The notes under the pieces were generated by a model. It did not search any database. It saw only the letters and a program-made list of their open reading frames with translations, and had not been told where the DNA came from. A stretch of 64,000 bases of DNA, taken from assembly GCA_951406725.2 (NCBI GenBank), contig OX597842.1:4030001-4094000 (forward strand). The letters run 5' to 3'. The position numbers and the translations under genes were made by a program. Positions 55,688 to 64,000 of the stretch are shown here, in pieces (position 1 is the first letter of the stretch; each line of letters opens with the position of its first letter). Source of the DNA: Octopus vulgaris (taxonomy: Eukaryota).

Positions 55688-55886
55688 TATATATATAAAT
55701 TGACAGAATGAGATAAAAAAAATCCAGGGCTGTAAATAGTTTACAGAACATTTATAAAGAAAAGGTCTTACAGCTGTTTCTGGGATATTTTATATATTCC
55801 CGGAAACAGCCGTAAGTCCTTTACCTTATAAATGTTCTGAAAACCTTGGATTTTTTTTTAATCTCATTCTGTCAATTTATATATAT
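55688..55886. repeat. ~200-bp palindrome whose arms each carry the 3' half of a hammerhead
   Basis: cttacagctgtttc...centre...gaaacagccgtaag; outer aaattgacagaatgagat/atctcattctgtcaattt in TA runs. Confidence 0.9.
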
Positions 55887-56133
55887 GCATGCTAATACAT
55901 GACCCACGTTGGACTCCTCATTCGTATCATTATCGAACCTGGAGCTTAACCATGATCTATCCATAGCGTTAACCGACACCTTTTGGGTCTTCTTGACACC
56001 AATACCTCTCATACCCAATATATATATATATATATATATATAAAGTTAATCCAAACAAGAAAGCACAAAAAACACAACAACGCGAGGACGTGGAACAAAT
56101 ATAGTATTATTGGATGCTCAGGAAAGAAGGAGG

Positions 56134-56168
56134 GTTTAATGTTTCGATCGGAGCTCTTCGTCGGAAAC
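56134..56168 (-). ncRNA. Decayed minimal hammerhead motif
   Basis: Reverse complement GUUU CCGACGA A GAGC ucc GAUC GAAA CAUU AAAC; paralogue of 3057-3092. Confidence 0.55.
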
Positions 56169-56629
56169 ATAGGAGAAGAAAAGATCCAGAGATGGGAAGA
56201 CAGAGGAAAAAAATCGCCAATGGCACACACGCGGTCACATTTTGAATGACCGGAAGGAAATGGGTGAAGAAAAGTTCTTTCAAAGACAGGAGAGAGCAAG
56301 AGGAGGTATGTGTGTGTAAGTGTGGATATGTGTGTGTGTGTGTATTAATGTTTGGCTTTATGTTATAATAAAAGGAAATCTTATAACAGAGAAGTGGATC
56401 TCTGTCTGTCAGAGTGTGTGAGAGAGAGAGAGAAAGATAGTAGATAGGTAAACTGTTATTATTATATTAATTAAGGTGACGTTCACTATAAAACAGTCTA
56501 CTGTTAAAAGAAGGGGCGTACATGATTAACAGATATTTTTCCCGGCACCATAGCGACATTGGATTGAAAGATTCCTCGGTACATTTGGCTTAGCTGACCG
56601 AAACTTTGAAATCACTGTCAATACTGTTC

Positions 56630-57210
56630 TAACAGGTGTGGTTGTGGGATAAGAGGCTTGCCTCCGGGTTCAGTCCCACTGCGTGACACCTTGTGCGAGT
56701 GTCTTCTAATATATCCTCGAGCCGACCAGAGCCTTTTGAATGGATTTGGTAAACAGAAATTGAAAGAAGCCTGTCGTATGTATATATATATACAGGAGTG
56801 GCTGTGTGGTAAGTAGCTTGCTAACCAGCCACATGGTTCCGGGTTCAGTCCCACTGCGCGGCACCTTGGGCAAGTGTCTTCTGCTATAGCCCCGGGCCAA
56901 CCAATGCCTTGTGAGTGGATTTGGTAGACGGAAACTGAAAGAAGCCTGTCGTATATATGTATATATATGTATGTGTGTGTATATGTTTGTGTGTCTGTGT
57001 TTGTCCCTCTAGCATTGCTTGACAACCGATGCTGGTGTGTTTACGTCCCCCGTCACTTAGCGGTTCGGCAAAAGAGACCGATAGAATAAGTACTGGGCTT
57101 ACAAAAGAATAAGTCCCGGGGTCAAGTTGCTCGATTAAAAGGCGGTGCTCCAGCATGGCCTCAGTCAAATGACTGAAACAAGTAAAAGAGTAAAAAAGAG
57201 TAAAAGAGTA

Positions 57211-57271
<61 letters not shown>

Positions 57272-58751
57272 TTAGGGAAATACTAAATTCAGTTTAGTAT
57301 TAGGGAAATACTAAATTCAATTTAGTATTAAATCAAATTTCACAATATAAATATATGATATATATAAATTAGAGAAAGACCACTATTATGTAATTTAAAC
57401 AATGATAGACATAAACCAAATCATGAAAAAATATTATAAAACATATTTGGTTTATGTCTATCATTGTTTAAATTACATAATAGTGGTTTTTCTCTAATTT
57501 ATATATATATATGGGTGTGTGTGTGTGTTTGTCCCCCACCACTACTTGACAACCGGTGTTGGTTTGTTTATGTTCCCGTGAATTAGCCGTTCGGCTAGAG
57601 AGACGGATAGAATAAGCACCGGGCTTTAAAAAAAAGAAATACTGGGGTTGATTCATTCGACTAAAAATTCCCCAAGGCGGTGCCCCAGCATGACCGCAGT
57701 CTAATGACTGAAACCAGTAAAAGATAAAAGATGCATACATACACATATATACATATTTGTGCGTGTGTTTGCCCACCAACACGGCTTGAGGACTAGTGTT
57801 GGTATACTTACTTCCTCCTAGACTAGCGGTCCGGCAAAAAGACACTGATAGAATAAGTGCCACATTTTCTTTTGCAAAAGCATAACTACTGGGGTTCTTT
57901 ATTAGATTAAACTCTTCAATGTGGTGCCCCAGTATGGCCGCAGCCCGATGACTAAAGCAATTTACAGATAAAAGACCCTTTAAGATAGGGACCACATATG
58001 CTAACAAAGTGGGTAACTTCGCTGCAAGAACACCGGACGCGCCCTTCGTAGGGATCCCCGAAGCCAGCTCCCTGCTGATTTTTAAAATAAAACAACGCAA
58101 CACGAACTCCATCTTATCAGACCAACATATGGCATTAGAAAACAAGCAAGAATATTTAACAAAATTTACTCTAATTTTCCAGCTGTGTCGTTCTTTTACC
58201 AAATTACGAATTTCTTAAAATTTGTCGGCTTAACACCATTATGCAAATTAGCACATCCTGTCTAAGTAATGTCTACACACACATACATACATATATATAT
58301 GTGTGTGTGTACATGCATCCATGTGTATATATATATGTATGTATATACATATTAAATATCACTGTTCATATATCTATATCTTCTTTTTTATTCTTTTTGT
58401 CTCAGTCATTTGACTGCGGCCATACTGGAGCACCATCTTTAGTCAAACAAATCGACCCAGGACTTATTCTTTGTAAGCCCAGTACATATTCTATCAGTTC
58501 TTTTGCCGAACCGCTAAGTTACAGCGACGTAAACGCCAAAATTGGTAGTCAAGTGATGGTGCGGAGACAAACATACACACAAGCATATATATATATATAC
58601 ATACGACGGGCTTCTTCCAGTTTCCGTCTACCAAATCCACTCACAAGGCTTTGGTTCAGCCCGAGGCTATAGTAGAAGATACTTGCCCCAAGGTGCTACG
58701 CAGTGGGACTGAACCCGGAATCATGTAGTTGGTAAGCAAGCTACTTACCAC

Positions 58752-58792
<41 letters not shown>

Positions 58793-59665
58793 CATTTACT
58801 TTTTTTAGTCATTAGACTGCGGCCATGCTGGGGCACCGCCTTCGAGAAATGTTAGTCGAAGAATTGACCCCAGTACTTACACTTTTTAAGCCTTGTACTT
58901 ATTCTATCGGTCTTTTTCCCCCAACCGTTAGCTTATCTGGATGCAAACACACCAGCACCGTTTCTCAAGCAGTGGTGGAGGAAGAGGACAGACACAAAAA
59001 CACACGTACGCGCGCGCATACACAACACACACATACATACATACATACATACATACATACATACATACATACATACATACATGCATATATATATATATAC
59101 ATACGACAGGTTTCATTCAGTTTCCGTCTACCAAATCCACTCACAAGGCTTTGATTGGCTTGAGACTATAGTAAAAGATATTTGCCCAAGGTTCCACGTT
59201 GTGGGACTGAACCCAGAACCATGTGATTGAGATACAAGCTCCTTACCAGACAGCCACACCTATATATATATGTATGCATGTATTAGTACTGGACTGAAGG
59301 ATATTTCTCGACTGGAGGATATTTCTCCATTTTGACTTCCCTCTGATTTCTCACTCCAACATGACGGAATACCCAGCTTACTCAACATCCTTACTCAATA
59401 TCATAATTCACATGCTTCACTATTTCAGAAACAGCTGTAAAGAGACCCACGATGCTCTCTCTAAATTCAATGTTTTTCTTGTGATGCCAAATGTTTTGCT
59501 TCCACATTTTCTATTTTAATCTTTATCCACCCGCTCAAGGAGAAACCACTTCTATCCACCTTTGATAGACATCCCCAACTTCACATTTTTCAGTTGTAGC
59601 TAGAGTTTTAGTGATAAACCTGACTGAGTACTCGTATTACATTACGTCAATTAACGAAAACTCCT

Positions 59666-59718
<53 letters not shown>

Positions 59719-59992
59719 CTCTATCTCTCTCTCTCTCTCTCACTATATATATATATATTCTTTTGCTCTTTTACTCTTTTACTTGTTTCAGTCATTTGAC
59801 TGTGGCCATGATGGAGCACCGCTTTTGTCCAGCAAATCGACCCCAGGACTTATTCTTTGTTAGCCTAGTACTTCTTCTACCGGTCTCTTTTGCCAAACCA
59901 CTAAGTTACGGGGACGTAAACACACCAGCATCGGTTGTGAAGCGATGTTGGGAAGAAAAACACAGACACACAAATATACACACACACATATG

Positions 59993-60028
<36 letters not shown>

Positions 60029-60306
60029 CACATATATATACATACATATATACGACGGGCTTCTTTCAGTTTCCGTCTACCAAATCCACTCACAAGGCTT
60101 TGGTCGGCCCGAGGCTATAGTAGAGGACACTTGCCCAAGGTGCCACGCAGTGGGACTGAACCCGGAACCATGTGGTTGGTAAGCAAGCTATTTACCACAC
60201 AGTCACTCCTATATAAATTTCCAACGCAGCGGCCCCCAACTATGACGAGGCCCTAGATGCTAGCGGGCTCAGGGACCGCATCTCCTACATGTCGGGCACA
60301 CATATG

Positions 60307-60342
<36 letters not shown>

Positions 60343-60693
60343 CACACATATATATACATACATATATACGACGGGCTTCTTTCAGTTTCCGTCTACCAAA
60401 TCCACTCACAAGGCTTTGGTCAGCCCGAGCTATAGTAAGAGGACACTTGCCCAAAATATCATTTACTTTGCTCCCCGCCTTCTCTCTCAACGTAAAAAAC
60501 GTGTATAGGTAGGATTAGAGCAAATGATATTTCGGCGGTGCTTCTTTCTGCTGTCGCTAAGGCCCGGCATGTAGGAGATGAGGTCCCTGAGCCCGCCAGC
60601 AGCAAGGGCCTCGTCATAGTTGGGGGCTGCTGCATTGGAAATTTATATAGGAGTGACTGTGTGGTAAGTAGCTTGCTTACCAACCACATGGTT
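56630..60693. mobile_element. Cluster of SINE-A copies and fragments (56630+, 56793+, 57515+, 57760+, 58395-, 58795-, 59765-, 60297-, 60648+)
   Basis: Family match on both strands. Confidence 0.88.
57362..57505. repeat. Near-perfect ~140-bp palindrome in a TA tract
   Basis: accactattatgtaatttaaacaatgatagacataaaccaaat and its exact reverse complement. Confidence 0.92.
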
Positions 60694-61060
60694 GCACTTT
60701 ACATAGTCACATAGGTGCGAACTCATATTCAACAGACACACCTTAAGAGTCTCTTTTAGCTTCGCCTCCAATATTAAGAGCATTTGATTGACACCCCTAA
60801 ACCACGAGCGGAAGCGGGATGCTCATGCAGGGCTACGGTAGATGCCCTGTGGGAAGCCAGCGCAAAACCAAGGGGGTCGTTTACGAAGCTGAGGTGGTAT
60901 CTGACCCTAATGTCAACAGCAGCTTTCAAAACTACTCATTAGAGTAGCAGGAATGGCAGGATTAACGACGACGACGCCAACTCTAACAGAAATAACAGCA
61001 CCATCAACGCTAATGGGAATAATAATAATAATAATAATAATAATAAGAGCAACAACAGCA

Positions 61061-61440
61061 GTGGAGGCGCAATGGCCCAATGGTTAGAGCAGGGGATTCG
61101 CGGTCGGAGGATAGCGGTTTCGATTCCCAGACCGGGCGTTGTGTGTTTATTGAGCGAAAATACCCAAAGCTCCACGAGCGTCCGGCAGGGGGCGGTGGCG
61201 ACCCCTGTTGTACTCTTTCGCCCCAACTTTCTCTCACTCTTTCTTCCTGTTTCTTGTCCCCGACTTCCTATGCAACCGCTGAGCCTGGATGCGCATTCAT
61301 CCATCCGTCGATGCTCTCGGTGTTGGGGATTGACCTGCTTTCTCTTCTGCGGGTCTTACGAATAGCAAAGGACCACGTTTCGGACTTCTCCCACTACAGA
61401 GGCGCGATCTTGCGAGCTCTGGGACGAAGACCGCTGCGCT
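61061..61440 (+). mobile_element. SINE-C with a third type of tail, inserted in the Penelope remnant
   Basis: Head and body match 43158; the tail differs after ~61255. Confidence 0.82.
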
Positions 61441-62273
61441 CAACAGCAACAGCAACACCAACAGCAACAACAACCAATATAGAGTCGATAACAGCTCCAA
61501 CGACGATGGCTATAGCAGGACTAACAGCGCCAGCACCAACACCACCATAGGTGATGTCCCCTACGCCAGGATTAAGGATGCCTACACCTGCACCAACACC
61601 AACAGCACCAGCACCAGCAACAGCCGTCCAAGAATTTGGACCTGGAGATCTCCATTTCCAGCGACTTCGAGGACCACCTCCCAGTGGTGTCGGGCGTCAA
61701 CGAAGAGCCCTCGACTACAACAAGACGACTAAAGTTTTTTTTTTCCCAAGGTCTGGGGTCTCACGCCCCTAAGCCCTAGACCATCGCCTAATCACCTTTA
61801 CCCATCTTGTTGCTTAACAACAACAACAGCACCAGCAACAGCGGGTATTCTGGAAACACCTTCAAGCAGTGCCTCTCCAACTACAGGTCTTTGTTCAAGA
61901 TCCTAGAGAGACTATACGTCACGTCTTTGGCTGGTCATGTGTGGCATCTGAAGAACGAAGGAACTACACATATAATCACATGGAAGATCCTAGAAGAACC
62001 GGGCCCCTACCCCAACGAGAGCAAGCGTTGCAAGCTGAACATAGTTGAAAACTCCCTTGACCCGTGAAACATCTTCAATTCAGGACGGAAGTTTTCACAC
62101 CCTTCAGGTGATTCCTACTGAAGTCCTGGAACACACAAGCCGCCTTCGGATTGCGAGCTAAGGGAGACATTCTCTTGCGCTTATCCCTTCTCCTTTGTCT
62201 GTGTGTTCAACAAATAGCTACGAAGTTATTTATTCCCCCACTTCGAAGACAGGCCATAGGCCACCGGCCATTA

Positions 62274-62332
62274 GGGTCTGAAGAAACGCCGTAAAGCTAT
62301 GCGCTTTATGGACGTGAAACCCAGGGTAACTC
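62274..62332 (+). ncRNA. Type I hammerhead in the Penelope 3' region
   Basis: GGGU CUGAAGA A ACGCCGUAAAGC uaugc GCUUUAUGGACGU GAAA CCC A GGG UA ACUC. Confidence 0.75.
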
Positions 62333-62363
62333 CATAGACTGGCCATAGCTATCTTTATCTAAT

Positions 62364-62408
<45 letters not shown>

Positions 62409-62613
62409 CAATTGAGGATAAAATCTTTAAAAGAAATTATCAGTAGTCAGCGTGAAAAACCTCGTAAGAGAAAAAATCCGTAAATTCTTCCCCTTTGAAT
62501 GTATATATATATATATATATACATACATACATACATACATACATGCATACATACATACATACATACATACATACACACATACATATCAAAAGATGATTCT
62601 TAAAAATGGAGCA

Positions 62614-62696
<83 letters not shown>

Positions 62697-62724
62697 TATA
62701 TATATATTACATATATACATATAT

Positions 62725-63100
62725 AGACGCAGGCGTGGCTGTGTAGTCAGAAGCTTGCTTCCCAACCACATGGCTCCGGGTTCAGTCCCATTGCGTGGCA
62801 CCTTGGACAAATGTCTTCTTTAACCTCAGGCAGACCAAAGCCTTGCGAGTGGATTTGGTAGACGGAAACTGAAAGAAGCCTGTTGTAGACATATGTATGT
62901 ATGTATTTATTAATGTGGTTGTGTCTGTGTTCTCCTCCACCATCGCTTGGTAACCGATATTCGTGTGTTTGTGTCCCTAACTTAACGGTTCGGCATAACA
63001 GACCGATAATAAGTTCTGGGGTTGATTTCTTCGAGTAAAAACCCTTTAAGGTGGTGCTTCAACATGGCCGCAGTCAAATGACTGAAACAAGTAAAAGAAT
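62725..63100 (+). mobile_element. SINE-A
   Basis: Family match. Confidence 0.88.
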
Positions 63101-63385
63101 AAAAAATCCATACATACAAGTTCAGATTTAAACCTGTAATTATTGAGGCCCTGGGATATGTAACACACTGCCTAAATACCAATGTTGAGAAATTAGTCTA
63201 CTCAAAACCAGAAATGAGAAATCTAATTCGAAGACCACGGGTCCAATCCATCAGTGGGGCTGTAAAAATTTGTAACTGGAACTGTAAAAATCTGTGAAAC
63301 TTTCCAGATGTTTATCATTTAAGTATATATGAATAAGAATACATACACACAAAACAAAACATACAAATCTACGCATATGCATGCA
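63101..63385 (+). mobile_element. R4/Dong-like 3' end derivative
   Basis: tacaagttcagatt...gggatatgtaacacactgcc...tttatcattt is homologous to 24617-24870. Confidence 0.75.
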
Positions 63386-63769
63386 TACATACAAACATAC
63401 ATACATACATACATACATACATACATACATACATACATACATACATACATACATACATACATACATACATACATACATACATACATACATACATACATAC
63501 ATACATACATACACACATACATACATACATACATACATACATACATACATTCATACATACATACATACATACATACATACATACATACATACATAAATAC
63601 ATACATACATACATACATACATACATACATACATACTTACATACATACATACATACATAAATACATACATGCAAACATACATACATACATACATACATAC
63701 ATACATACATACATACATACATACATGCAAACATACATACATACATACATACAAACATACATATATACA

Positions 63770-63803
<34 letters not shown>

Positions 63804-63845
63804 CATACATACATACATACATACATACATACATACATACATGCG
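63385..63845. repeat. (CATA)n microsatellite
   Basis: Directly visible. Confidence 0.97.
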
Positions 63846-63869
63846 AAGTCGAAAGTTTTTACACACGTG

Positions 63870-64000
63870 ATTTAAACAACTGTCGTTTCCTATTTCTTCC
63901 TTTCTCAAGATTGGTATTTAGGCAGTGCCTTACATATCCCAAGGACCCCGATAATTACAGGTATAAACCTGAACTTGTATGTATGGATTTTTTCGGGTGA
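63870..64000 (-). mobile_element. Second R4/Dong-like 3' end derivative, inverted
   Basis: Reverse complement aaaaaatccatacatacaagttcaggttt...gggatatgtaaggcactgcc matches 63101. Confidence 0.72.

Larger units (their letters stand above)
60700..62345 (+). mobile_element. Decayed Penelope-like element (linker plus GIY-YIG endonuclease remnant, 3' pseudo-LTR with hammerhead)
   Basis: IFNRHTLRVSFS..NIKSI, GCSCR...CP....GVVYEAEV, then GNTFKQCLSNYRSLFK....TSLAGHVWHLK....ITWKILE..GPY.NESKRCKL, matching the PLE GIY-YIG consensus. Confidence 0.8.

Noticed and set aside
58009-58218. 69-aa ORF possibly from a CR1 3' end
   Set aside because: The resemblance is too weak to call.
60240-60280. aUGACGA GGCCC...GGGCU hammerhead-like start
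   Set aside because: No GAAA box, stem III or UH follows in either copy.

Overview
Repeat-saturated, AT-rich eukaryotic DNA. The SINE repertoire and microsatellite density point to a coleoid cephalopod, probably Octopus (inferred, not verified). No intact host protein-coding gene is supportable: almost all listed ORFs are translations of microsatellites or decayed transposon fragments. Recognisable elements are three decayed mariner transposons, a pogo/Tigger-like MITE, non-autonomous Helitrons, fragments of Tx1/L1, RTE, CR1-like, R4/Dong-like and Penelope (GIY-YIG) retroelements, and at least four modular tRNA-derived SINE families. The most striking signal is RNA-structural. About a dozen minimal hammerhead ribozyme (HHR) motifs occur in several short repeat families, including one fully canonical copy and two independent copies with a compensatory U3:A8 core. 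A circularly permuted 'CGAAA-N24-26-CTGAWGA' hammerhead-like motif recurs about ten times with fixed spacing across divergent families. More than a dozen fold-back palindromes, often lodged in (TA)n tracts, carry these motifs, and there is one candidate HDV-like ribozyme. All structures were paired by eye and none has been tested. Coordinates are approximate to a few bases.
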